Positions 25,501-37,111 of a DNA stretch of 64,000 bases are shown here, piece after piece (position 1 is the stretch's first letter; the number at the start of each line of letters is the position of its first letter). The notes below the pieces were generated by a model that saw only the letters and a program-made list of their open reading frames with translations, searched no databases and was not told the origin of the DNA. Source of the stretch: Anthoceros angustus (Eukaryota > Plantae > Anthocerotophyta). The stretch covers positions 2,542,001-2,606,000 of the forward strand of contig VJWM01000025.1 of NCBI GenBank assembly GCA_010909165.1. The letters run 5' to 3'. A program made the translations under genes and the position numbers.

Positions 25501-27625
25501 GCTATGGGTGCGATCACAACAGGGTCGAGCTATTGCCTACGAATCCAGGAAGTTGCAAGGGGCACAATTGAATTATGTTGTACATGACAAAGAGATGTTG
25601 GCGATCACCCACGCTCTCAAGGTGTGGCGGCATTACCTCTTAGGCGAGTGGTGTGTCACATGCACCACCACCCTTGCAACATTTCTTCTCACAACCCAAC
25701 CTCAACTCCAGACAGCGCAGATGGGCCGAATACCTGGCGGATTTCGACCTCGAGATCAAGTATGTTACTGGGACTTCTAACGTGGTCGCAGATGCCTTGA
25801 GCAGGAGAGCCTGCACACTCATGAAAACACAGTCCCAAACGGTGCAGTTAGTCAGGGATGGATTACCTCACGACCCAGAGTTGTGGCAGTTGTATCAAAG
25901 TCTCCTCGCAGATGCAGCAGCAGGTATTTCCACAGCACTTACCCAACTCTATTCCCTCAAGGATGCCTGTGTTTACCGTAAGGGCCGGTTGGTCATCCCC
26001 TCCCAGCTCACTGCTGTCAAACAGGCCATCCTCCATGATCTGCATGACTCCTCAATCTCCGGGCACTTGGGTATTGACAAAACCTATGCCAAGGTCCGGG
26101 AGCATTTCCACTGGGAAGGCATGCGCTCCGATTGCATCGAGTGGGTGCGCTCTTGTCAGTCCTGCCAACAAGCCAAACCTAGCCATCAGAAATACCCAGG
26201 TCTACTCCAACCCCTCCAAATCCCCAGTGGCTGTTTCCGGTCAATAGCCATGGACTTCATTACACACCTACCTCGTACCCACTCCGGTAAGGACAGCATC
26301 TGGGTGGTGACAGATAGGTTTTCCAAGGTCTGCCACTTCATTCCTGTCACCTCGACCATCACTGCACCCAAACTAGCCACCCTTTTTGTCCGTGAAATCT
26401 TCCAATTACACGGAACACCAGAGGACATTGTGTCGGACAGGGACACGAAATTCACCTCCGGGTTTTGGCGGAACTTCATGGACACACTGGGCATCAAACA
26501 TAACATGTCTTCAGCCTATCACCCCAGGCGGACGGCGACAGAAGCGAGAATCGTGTTAGAAGACATGCTTCGCCATTTCACACATGAGAAGGCAAAGTGG
26601 GAGGAACTCCTTCCCTTGTTGGAGTATGCGTACAATTCCTCGAAGCACGCAGCCACAGGGGTTACTCCCTTCAAACTCCTGTATGGTGAGACACCCCCAC
26701 CTCCAGGCTTATGGCCCAACAGTCAAGACAAGTGGCGGCGCCAAATCGCCGAGGACATTTGCACGAGGTCAAGATGGCTCGACACAAACTCCAAGCAGCA
26801 CAAGACCGGACGCATCACAGCAATCAAGCGCGTCAACTACTCCGTTGGCTTGTTTGGCTCGAGTCAAGCCCCATGTATCCCGCCATGATTCGAACGCAAG
26901 CTCACCTACCGCTGCGGTGGCCTTTCCGGGTGTTGAAACGCGTCAACAAGGTCGCGTGCCGACAGCTTGCCGTGGCGCGCCTCGAACATTCCATGTGTCC
27001 CTGTTGAAACCCGTGATCCACCGTCGAACTTCTCCCATCGACACGGTGAGTCATTAACCCTCTCACCCCTTCCAGACTCCCATTTCCTCTCGGAGGCCAC
27101 GATCTTCCCTCCAACCCCTCCGTGGTATCACCACTTCCCACCAACCGACACGCATCCTCCAGTCGAGGCCAAGCCGCCGACACATGTGACTTCCGGTTGC
27201 ATGGGAGGGCGAACCCGATTCAGCAGCAACATGGGAACCCGAGGATTTCTCACCCGTGCGGCAGATTCGGATGGCCAGGAGGCCCGGCAAGTGGGGAGAA
27301 TGAAACGTGATGACGGGCCACTCAAGTCATCCGCCGAGGAACCAAGCTACCACGAAGCAGTGGCGGGGAACCCTACGAAACACTCATGGTTTTTAGCAAA
27401 TACCCAGCTGATACGAAATAATTAAACATATACTAATTAAATAGATAAATGCCAGTATATAGGATATCCAGATAACTGAAAACTGTTATACCAGTAGAAT
27501 CCCAAGAAGTAGGCGGGCAGGTTCAGCCTTCTTGGCACTGCCTACACACATGTATTTATAGCGAATCCGAACATGAAGAGAACATCCATTTTCCTGAAGC
27601 TGGAACTCAGAGCTGCCCCGTAACA
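22535..27625 (+). mobile_element. Ty3/Gypsy chromovirus 2 (gag-PR-RT-RH-INT-chromo + 3' LTR; 5' LTR not found)
   Basis: Gag 22822-~23900 homologous to element 1; DSGASHHYVS ~24115; RT 24550-25330; [13 protein letters not shown]; integrase HLGIDKT..CQSCQ, IAMDFI, IVSDRD; chromodomain VAWEGEPDSAATWEP ~27200; PPT gtggggagaa; many 1-bp indels. Confidence 0.9.
27301..27625 (+). repeat. 3' LTR of chromovirus 2
   Basis: TGAAAC...GTAACA right after the PPT; the following ttacatagctggag matches the empty site at ~35322. Confidence 0.8.
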
Positions 27626-28105
27626 TTACATAGCTGGAGTTCCACCCCTATACTGATCTGGTTTCTCTATATAGTTATATTTTAATATATATTTTAAAAT
27701 ATTCTACAAATCACTTGATAGCTTTGACCCTTGTCTCAAGGAATCTTCTAAATGCATCTCAATCCAAACAACGTGTCCAAATTAGATATAAGTTAATATA
27801 TACCGTTAGCTTTAGATTCTTACCCTTGTCACGTGGTTGTATATGTACGTCCAAAAATAGAGTGGGTCCTAGATTTCACCATAGTGTACAATTTTCTTGA
27901 TCATTTTTAGATTCGGCAAGGGAGCGTTAAGATTTTTAGTGGCTGAAGAATTGATTAGTGGTTAGGAAGAAGATAGGAAATCATATCCCTACACTAGAGT
28001 TAGATTGATTTTTTGTTATAGCAAAAAAGAGTTAGATTAGTAGGGAGGAGGTTATATTTATAATAAGAAGAAGTTAAAGAGTTAGATTAATAAAGAGAGG
28101 TTATC

Positions 28106-28420
28106 TTGATACAAGAAGAAGTTAAAGATTTCATGTTGTTTTCCAAGCAATGTTATATATTTGAGGTTTTACATACCAAGTGCTCGGTGATGTCAATGAA
28201 TCATGGGAAGGGAGGAGCGCACTTGGGTACATTGATGCATGATAACATTGAAAGTGTGGATTTTCAATTTCCTCCGGATGGAAAGCTTGAGAAACGTTTA
28301 GAAGATGGTCTGGGAAATGGGCACCATTTAAAGATTGTCACATTGTCTATCTTAAAAGACATGGAAAATTGTGAGAAGTTTCGTGTAGAATATTTATATG
28401 AGATAAGGTGTGAAGAGTAG
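28106..28420 (+). CDS. Divergent eIF5A C-terminal (OB-fold)-like ORF, copy 1
   Basis: EVLHTK...LMHDNIESVDFQFPPDGKLEKRLEDGLGNGHHLKIVTLSIL..C aligns without gaps over 70 aa to plant eIF5A DVPHVN...LTDSGGTKDDLKLPTDDGLTAQMRLGFDEGKDIVVSVMSSM..C (about 11 identities by eye); no hypusine domain. Confidence 0.5.
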   Translation: MIQEEVKDFMLFSKQCYIFEVLHTKCSVMSMNHGKGGAHLGTLMHDNIESVDFQFPPDGKLEKRLEDGLGNGHHLKIVTLSILKDMENCEKFRVEYLYEIRCEE

Positions 28421-29308
28421 TTTGTAACTTTTGATACCCCAAATTTTGGGGTAAGTTTTGTTTTGACATGAAACAAAAGCTTGGGATTTTCCCTAAAAAG
28501 AAGGGGTTTATGGTCTTGCGATCCTTAAAATAGCGACAACATTATGCTATCACTGTTTACAAAAACAACTCGAGATTCAAGGAAACTTTCTTTAGACAAT
28601 TATTGGACATTAAAACTAGTGATTCAAGAAACTTTCACAAGACAATCACTAGACCTAAAACTCGAGGTCCAAGGAAACTTTCACAAGAGGATTACTATAT
28701 ATATAGTCTTCACGATATGAGTTCATACATACGTCGTAGTCTTTAGCATAGGAGACTTTCACAAGACCATTACTAAAGTATTATTGACATATTTCATCCG
28801 CAAGAATATAGTGCATATAATTTTCTTTTGCCAACTTTGCAAGAATTGCTAGCTCGCCTTGCGAAGCGGCGACGGTAGCTCGATCTTGAACATTAGGTCC
28901 GAGAGACGGTAGGAAATGACAGTGTGGCATTCAAGCAAGTTCGATATGTGTGTTGTGGTTCTTTACTTGAGCAATTCAAATACAACTGGGCCACTCGTCC
29001 ATCTTGTGGCAAGCAGAAGAGGGTTTCTTTCGCGCTCATGATCAAGAAGAGTGGGAGCGTGAATTGAATTCGCAGACAGTAGGAGTCTTGAAGCTGTGAA
29101 GTCTAAAGCACAGCTGCAAGAGCTACAATTGCGATCTGCAAACTTGAAGTGCAGAGTTTGTGGGCGAGCAAAGACGGGTCGAAATCTCTCTGCAATTCTA
29201 AGTTGACAGCAAGATTGTCAAGTCGCAACAAATTGGCCACCAAGTTGCGACGTGAGTGGGCACGATCATGCCAAGAGCTGGCCGATCAGGCACCTGTTTG
29301 TCTTGATA

Positions 29309-29592
29309 TGTTTTCCAAGCAATGTTATATATTTGAGGTTTTACATACCAAGTGCTCGGTGATGTCAATGAATCATGGGAAGGGAGGAGCGCACTTGGGT
29401 ACATTGATGCATGATAACATTGAAAGTGTGGATTTTCAATTTCCTCCGGATGGAAAGCTTGAGAAACGTTTAGAAGATGGTCTGGGAAATGGGCACCATT
29501 TAAAGATTGTCACATTGTCTATCTTAAAAGACATGGAAAATTGTGAGAAGTTTCGTGTAGAATATTTATATGAGATAAGGTGTGAAGAGTAG
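29309..29592 (+). CDS. eIF5A-C-like ORF, copy 2, fused in frame to an unrelated upstream segment (ORF from 29149)
   Basis: Same peptide as copy 1 from FSKQCY onward. Confidence 0.45.
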
Positions 29593-30235
29593 TTTGTAAC
29601 TTTTGATACCCCAAATTTTGGGGTAAGTTTTGTTTTGACATGAAACAAAAGCTTGGGATTTTCCCTAAAAAGAAGGGGTTTATGGTCTTGCGATCCTTAA
29701 AATAGCGTCTACACGACATGCCTTTCTCACCACTTGCACTCATGCAGGTCCTCCGTCTCCTTGGCTTTGACGTTATGCCTGCTATTTGTCCATTTAAGTA
29801 TCGAAGGCCTGGGCAGGTAGAGATATCCAAGTCACAGACATTGGAGTGAGGGAGGCAAATCCATCGAGCCCGAGGGTAGAAAGAGCATGTCCTCGATGAG
29901 AAAACTTGGTTGGGTGCTGAAAAGAAATCAAGATCGACATCCTTTCACCGCATTCAAATCCAAAGATCGCCCGCTTTGGGAATCGCCTTCCCGTCCTTCG
30001 TCGAACACAAATTATTCCAAGCGGTTGCGAACAACACCAAAAACTTTCATCAATTCGCGCCACGCTTTGGACATGTTACAGTGCGTGGGGACTGCAATTG
30101 GTTGTTCCTTTTACGCACTGGAAGTTTGGCTTGTTGGGTTTCGAGTTTTATGTGAAGGGCACTTGTTCTCACGTAAGGTGGAAGTCTAGCTTGTTGGGAC
30201 TCTAGAAGTCAAAAGAAGCATGCAATTATCAAGCG

Positions 30236-30800
30236 ACTAGTGCCAACCTTGGTAACTTAATTAAGCTCAACAAAAGAATGCAAGAAGCGGTGGGATGACC
30301 ATGAAGGATCTCGTGCCAACTTTGATGAACTAATTAAGCTCAACAACAAGAAGGCATGAGGCGGCTAGGGTGACCATGAAGCACAAGTGCCAACCTTGAT
30401 AAACTAATTAAGTTCAACAAAAGAAGGCTGAGGTGGTCAGGTGACCATGGAGCGCATCGCCAACTTCTATGAACTAATTAAGCCCCACAAAAGAAGGTAG
30501 GAGGTGGCTATGGTGACCATGGAACACCTAGTGCGAACCTTTGATACCACAAATTTTGGGGTAATATTTTTTTTAAAACGAAAAAATGCCTTGGGAGGCT
30601 GCTGCAACAAGAAGGCATGAGGCGGCTTAGGGTGACCATGAAGCGGCAAGTGCCAACCTTGATAAACTAATTAAGTTCAACAAAAGAAGGTGAGGTGGTC
30701 ATGGTGACCATGGAGCGCATCGCCAACTTCTATGAACCAATTAAGCCCCACAAAAGAAGGTAGGAGGGCTATGGTGACCATGGAACACCTAGTGCGAACC
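30236..30800 (+). repeat. Headless UBM 75-bp arrays (two blocks, ~7 units, degenerate)
   Basis: Repeated gccaac..gatgaactaattaagctcaacaaaaagaaggc...ggtgaccatgga units. Confidence 0.85.
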
Positions 30801-31312
30801 TTTGATACCACAAATTTTGGGGTAATATTTTTTTAAAACGAAAAAATGCCTTGGGAGTTCTCTAAAACGGTGTCTAGTCCTGCGATCCTTAAAATAGCGA
30901 CAACATTATGCTATCAGCTTCGCATAAAAAACAACTCGAGATTCAAGGAAACTTTCTTTAGACAATTATTGGACATTAAAACTAGTGATTCAAGGAAACT
31001 TTCACAAGACAATCACTAGACCTAAAACTCGAGGTCCAAGGAAACTTTCACAAGAGGATTACTATATATATACTGGCCCTTAGTATCGGCGTATTCCTAA
31101 GATATCCTATTGGTGATATGGGGAAATATCCTAAGAATACACTATAATGCAAGCAATGCTAAAGCATACTTAAGCTTATCCACTTAGCTATTGTATCCTA
31201 CACTATAATTAGATTGATTTTTGTTATAGCAAAAAGAGTTAGATTAGTAGGGAGGAGGTTATATTTATAATAAGAAGAAGTTAAAGAGTTAGATTAATAA
31301 AGAGAGGTTATC

Positions 31313-31620
31313 TTGATACAAGAAGAAGTTAAAGATTTCATGTTGTTTTCCAAGCAATGTTATATATTTGAGGTTTTACATACCAAGTGCTCGGTGATGT
31401 CAATGAATCATGGGAAGGAGGCGCACTTGGGTACATTGATGCATGATAACATTGAAAGTGTGGATTTTCAATTTCCTCGGATGGAAAGCTTGAGAAACGC
31501 TTAGAAGATGGTCCGGAAATGGGCACCATTTAAAGATTGTCACATTGTCTATCTTAAAAGACATGGAAAATTGTGAGAAGTTTCGTAGAATATTTATATG
31601 AGATAAGGTGTGAAGAGTAG
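31313..31620 (+). pseudogene. eIF5A-C-like ORF, copy 3 (indels)
   Basis: Same sequence with small deletions. Confidence 0.45.
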
Positions 31621-32725
31621 TTTGTAACTTTTGATACCCCAAATTTTGGGGTAAGTTTTATTTTGACATGAAACAAAAGCTTGGGATTTTCCTAAAAGAA
31701 GGGGTTTATGGTCTTGCGATCCTTAAAATAGCGTCTACGACATGCCAATTGGAGTTTCACCTCCATCCATCCTTTTGGCAAGTACTCCTATGCCTTCAAA
31801 CTCACACTAGGGAGTTCAATGCACCCTCGAATTGGGTTGAGAGAAGAAAACCAAACCAAACCACACCAAGCTCATTCCTTTTTTCCCACATTGAAAAATT
31901 AATCCCTACCTACCATCTTCTCAAGGCCTTCTCCTTGAGAGCGTTTTTCCTACATAATAAAAATATTAGATCACTCTAGCCATGGAAAATTGTGAGAAGT
32001 TTCGTAGAATATTTATATGAGATAAGGTGTGAAGAGTAGTTTGTAACTTTTGATACCCCAAATTTTGGGGTAAGTTTTATTTTGACATGAAACAAAAGCT
32101 TGGGATTTTCCTAAAAGAAGGGGTTTATGGTCTTGCGATCCTTAAAATAGCGTCTACACGACATGCCTTTCTCACCACTTGCACTCATGCAGGTCCTCCG
32201 TCTCCTTGGCTTTGACGTTATGCCTGCTATTTGTCCATTTAAGTATCGACCGGGCGGGCCCATTCCCGGGCCGCGGGTAGAGATATCCAAGTCACAGCAC
32301 ATTGGAGTGAGCAGGAGGCAAATCCATCGAGCCCTGAGGTAGAAAGAGCATGTCCCTGATGAGAAAACTTGGTTGGGTGCTGAAAAGAAATCAAGATCTG
32401 ACATCCTTTCACCGCATTCAAATCCAGCATCGTCCAGTTTTGGGAATCAGCTTCCCGTCCTTCTTCGTCGAACACAAATTATTCCAAGCGGTTGCGAACA
32501 ACACCAAAAACTTTCATCAATTGCGTCACGCGCTTTCTGGACATGTTACAGGTACGTGTGGGGACCTGCAATTGGTTGTTCCTTTTTACAGTACCGTGGA
32601 AGTTTGGCTTGTTGGGTTTCGAGTTTTATGTGAAGGCTGTTACTGTTCTCAAGTACGTAAGGTGGAAGTCTAGCTTGTTGGGACTCTAGAAGTCAAAAAG
32701 AAGCAGCTGCAATTATCAAGCAGCT

Positions 32726-33040
32726 AGTGCCAGCCAACCTTGGTAACTTAATTAAGCTCAACAAAAAGAATGCAAGAAGCGCGGCGGGGATGACCATGAA
32801 GGATCTCGTGCCAACTTTGATGAACTAATTAAGCTCAACAACAAGAAGGCATGAGGCGGCTAGGGTGACCATGAAGCAGCAAGTGCCAACCTTGATAAAC
32901 TAATTAAGTTCAACAAAAAGAAGGCAGGAGGTGGCTGCGGTGACCATGGAGCAGCTACTGCCAACTTCTATGAACTAATTAAGCCCCACAAAAAGAAGGT
33001 AGGAGGTGGCTATGGTGACCATGGAACACCTAGTGCGAAC
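32726..33040 (+). repeat. Headless UBM 75-bp array (4 units, stops)
   Basis: Same unit as above. Confidence 0.85.
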
Positions 33041-33541
33041 CTTTTGATACCACAAATTTGGGGTAATATTTTTTTTTAAAAACGAAAAAAATGCCTTGGG
33101 AGTTCTCTCTAAAACGAAGGGGTGTCTAGTCCTGCGATCCTTAAAATAGCGACAACATTATGCTATCACTGTTTCGCACAAAAAAAACAACTCGAGATTC
33201 AAGGAAACTTTCTTTAGACAATTATTGGACATTAAAACTAGTGATTCAAGGAAACTTTCACAAGACAATCACTAGACCTAAAACTCGAGGTCCAAGGAAA
33301 CTTTCACAAGAGGATTACTATATATATAGTCTTCACGATATGAGTTCATACATACGTACGTAGTCTTTAGCATAGGAGACTTTCACAAGACCATTACTAA
33401 AGTATTATTGACATATTTCATCTGCAAGAATATAGTGCATATAATTTTCTTTTGCCAACTTTGCAAGAATTGTTTGATTTGCGGACTTTGCAGGAAGTTT
33501 TCACTTCCATCTACTTTTTCTCCACAAAGTCGAAGGACCCT

Positions 33542-33940
33542 ATGGAGCATAATGTAAATATTAGTCTTGATGAGCTAATTAACCTCAACAAAAAGAAGGC
33601 AAGAAGCTGCGGCGGTGACATGCGTAAAGTAGTTGGTGCCAACCTTGATGAACTAATAAGGCTGAACAAAAGGAAGGCAAGTGGTGGCTACAATGACCAT
33701 GGAGCAGCTAGTGCCAACATCGATGAACTAATTAAGTTGAACAAAAGGAAGGCAGGAGCTGGCTCCGCTCACCATGGAGCGCAAGTGCCAACCTTGATAA
33801 ACTAATTAAGTTCAACAAAAAGAAGGCAGGAGGTGGCTGCGGTGACCATGGAGCAGCTACTGCCAACTTCTATGAACTAATTAAGCCCCACAAAAAGAAG
33901 GTAGGAGGTGGCTATGGTGACCATGGAACACCTAGTGCGA
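33542..33940 (+). pseudogene. ALY-UBM repeat ORF copy (5 units, chimeric with the headless type)
   Basis: MEHNVNISLDELINLNKKK... open for 3 units, then switches to the headless-array tail. Confidence 0.75.
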
Positions 33941-34435
33941 ACCTTTTGATACCACAAATTTGGGGTAATATTTTTTTAAAAGCGAAAAAATGCCTTGGGA
34001 GTTCTCTCTAAAAGCGAAGGTGTCTAGTCCTGCGATCCTTAAAATAGCGACAACATTATGCTATCAACTGCTTTCGCAAAAAAACAACTCGAGATTCAAG
34101 GAAACTTTCTTTAGACAATTATTGGACATTAAAACTAGTGATTCAAGGAAACTTTCACAAGACAATCACTAGACCTAAAACTCGAGGTCCAAGGAAACTT
34201 TCACAAGAGGATTACTATATATATAGTCTTCACGATATGAGTTCATACATACGTACGTAGTCTTTAGCATAGGAGACTTTCACAAGACCATTACTAAAGT
34301 ATTATTGACATATTTCATCCGCAAGAATATAGTGCATATAATTTTCTTTTGCCAACTTTGCAAGAATTGTTTGATTTATGACTTTGCGGAAGTTTCACTT
34401 CCATCTACTTTTTCTCCACAAAGTCGAAGGACCCT

Positions 34436-35109
34436 ATGGAGCATAATGTAAATATTAGTCTTGATGAGCTAATTAACCTCAACAAAAAGAAGGCAAGAAG
34501 CTGCGGCGGTGACATGCGTAAAGTAGTTGGTGCCAACCTTGATGAACTAATAAGGCTGAACAAAAGGAAGGCAAGTGGTGGCTACAATGACCATGGAGCA
34601 GCTAGTGCCAACATCGATGAACTAATTAAGTTGAACAAAAAGGCGGGGAGGCGGCTCCGCTCACCATGGAGCGGAAGTGCCAACCCGATGAACTATTGAA
34701 GTTGAATAAAAAGAAGGCAGGAGGTGGCTACGTTGACCATGGAACAGCTAGTGCCAACCTTGACGAAGTAATTAAGCTCAACAAAAAGAAGGCTGGAGGC
34801 GCCTACGGTGACCATGGAGCAACTAGTGCCAACTCCGATGAACTAATTAAGCTCAACAAAAAGAAGGCAGGAGGTGGCTACGGTGACCACGAAACAGCTA
34901 GTGTCAACCTCGACGAACAAATTAAGCTCAACAAAAAGAGGGCAGGAGGCGACTACGATGACCATGGAGTAGCTAGTGCCGAGAAAAATAAATTCTTGAG
35001 GCGAAGTTACAAAGGGCTTGCCGCAATACAAGCTAATCGTGTAGCGCGACGAAGCACGCCCTACTTCACTTCCAAGTTTTTCAACTCCAACTCAAAAGTA
35101 TATTTGTAA
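34436..35109 (+). CDS. Most complete poly-UBM gene: ALY/REF exon-1-derived protein with 7 tandem UAP56-binding-motif-like repeats (~225 aa if a 4-nt deficit near 34640-34685 is corrected)
   Basis: N-terminus ISLDELINLNKKK resembles ALY/Yra1 MSLDDIIKLN; C-terminus ANRVARRSTPYFTSK resembles plant ALY NR..RSAPY.SAK; 75-bp period; no RRM or C-UBM follows. Confidence 0.7.
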
Positions 35110-35843
35110 CTTGGTGGAAGCACGTCTAGATGGGCCATGTTAGATGGTCAAGTACTTAGTATCTTATGGCTATAGTTTTGGATGCCCCTTGGCTGAATGG
35201 TTTATTTTTAGTAAAGGTGAAAATTTAAAACTTTAAAAACCATATATTCAATAATAATAATAATTTAAATAATAATGATAATAAGATTTTGAATTCTCTT
35301 TTGTGGAATTTGGCTTTTAGATTACATAGCTGGAGTTCCACCCCTATACTGATCTGGTTTCTCTATATAGTTATATTTTAATATATATTTTAAAATATTC
35401 TACAAATCACTTGATAGCTTTGACCCTTGTCTCAAGGAATCTTCTAAATGCATCTCAATCCAAACAACGTGTCCAAATTAGATATAAGTTAATATATACC
35501 GTTAGCTTTAGATTCCTACCCTTGTCACGTGGTTGTATATGTACGTCCAAAAATAGAGTGGGTCCTAGATTTCACCATAGTGTACAATTTTCTTGATCAT
35601 TTTAGATTCGCAAGGGAGCGTTAAGATTTTAGTGGCTGAAGAATTGATTAGTGGTTAGGAAGAAGATAGGAAATCATATCCCTACACTAGAGTTAGATTG
35701 ATTTTTTGTTATAGCAAAAAAGAGTTAGATTAGTAGGGAGGAGGTTATATTTATAATAAGAAGAAGTTAAAGGGTTAGATTAATAAAGGGAGGTTATCTT
35801 GATACAAGAAGAAGTTAAAGATTTCATGTTGTTTTCCAAGCAA

Positions 35844-35956
35844 TGTTGATACCCCAAATTTTGGGGTAAGTTTTGTTTTGAAATGAAACAAAAGCTTGGG
35901 ATTTCCCCTAAAAAGAAGGGGTTTATGGTCTTGCGATCCTTAAAATAGCGTCGACA
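35844..35956 (+). repeat. ~113-bp module C (TGTTGATACCCCAAATTTTGGGG...AAAATAGCGTCGACA), mini/solo-LTR-like; 9 copies in the array
   Basis: Copies start near 28432, 29604, 30542, 30803, 31632, 32051, 33045, 33947 and 35844; TG...CA ends in this copy. Confidence 0.6.
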
Positions 35957-37111
35957 CGACATGCCTTTCTCACCACTTGCACTCATGTTGGTCTTCCGTC
36001 TCCTTGGCTTTGACATTATGGGCGTTGAGGGTGACTTTAAGTACTGAGCTATGCTCTCTTCTCTAATGCAGGACTCTAATGCCAACTCGACTTGAGTCTT
36101 TAACTGGTCACTTTGATTAACATTGTGACCCTCTAACTTAGGGCAAACTGATATCAAGTTACCATAGTATTCTTTCTTGAGCCCTTTCTACTCTTGCCTA
36201 TTATCTTCCACCTTGACCTGCATTCTGTTCCTTGAAGCTTATGCAAGATGAGGTGGTCAAGTATTGGATCTAATCTGTTCGTAATCACAAGAGGTTTGGT
36301 CACCCAAGAGATTAAGACCCTATTACACAACAGGTCTGGTCACCTATGGGATTAAGACCCTAACAGGTCTGGTCACCTATGGGATTAAGACCCTATTACA
36401 CGTTTCCGTTATTGAACCCTCAAGTTCATATAAACAAGTCCGATGACGTGACTCCACTTCCATCCTCACATAGTCTAATTGGTGTACCACCTCGCGTAAA
36501 GGTATGACACTACAGATGTCCATACTTTGCAGAGTCTGACTCTATAGTACACCAACTCACATGATAGTATGACAGTACTTTATAGGATATACCAACTCGC
36601 ATGATAGTGTGACAGTACTTTGTAGGATATGCAGTCTGTCCGTCCGTCACACTGCGTGATACTTATCCTTATGTGAATAAAGCTATACCAACCAATTTGA
36701 ATTAGGATCTCGAAACTTGAATACAACACGTACTACAACCGATCCGCAAATCAAATATATCCGCGGCTAGCCGTGAGAATATGCTCCTCTGACTATATGT
36801 CCTACACACTTTATTTCCAACCGCCCACTCACCTCGAGTTGTCAGGTCCCAATAAGTGACTAAGTAGATTATTTAGTAGCTGAAGCCTAAAAGTTAAATA
36901 AATACATAACAAACATAGGGTTTAGATTAGCTTGGCGTAATTGAGGAGGCCAGTTCATACCGGAAGGACGGCGCCTGCCTGGGGCAGGTCACGGGCGAGC
37001 AGCTCCCCTCTCCGGCTATAGAAGCGAGCTCCTTCTGGTGGAGGAAGAAGAAGCAGTCGCGTTCTCCGTATCGGCAACCTGGCTAGCGTCAGAGTCGCCC
37101 TCGGTATCAGC

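Larger units (their letters stand above)
27626..35956 (+). repeat. Tandemly amplified and shuffled mosaic unit (~3.1 kb basic unit: A - eIF5A-like B - C - E - UBM - C - D - UBM)
   Basis: 27626-28100 matches 35322-35800; B at 28106, 29309, 31313; E at 29713, 32159; D at 28538, 30903, 33154, 34053; C nine times. Confidence 0.88.

Noticed and set aside
27626-35956. CRISPR-like reading of the repeat/cargo array
   Set aside because: Eukaryotic context, 110-bp repeats, long repeated inserts and no cas genes.
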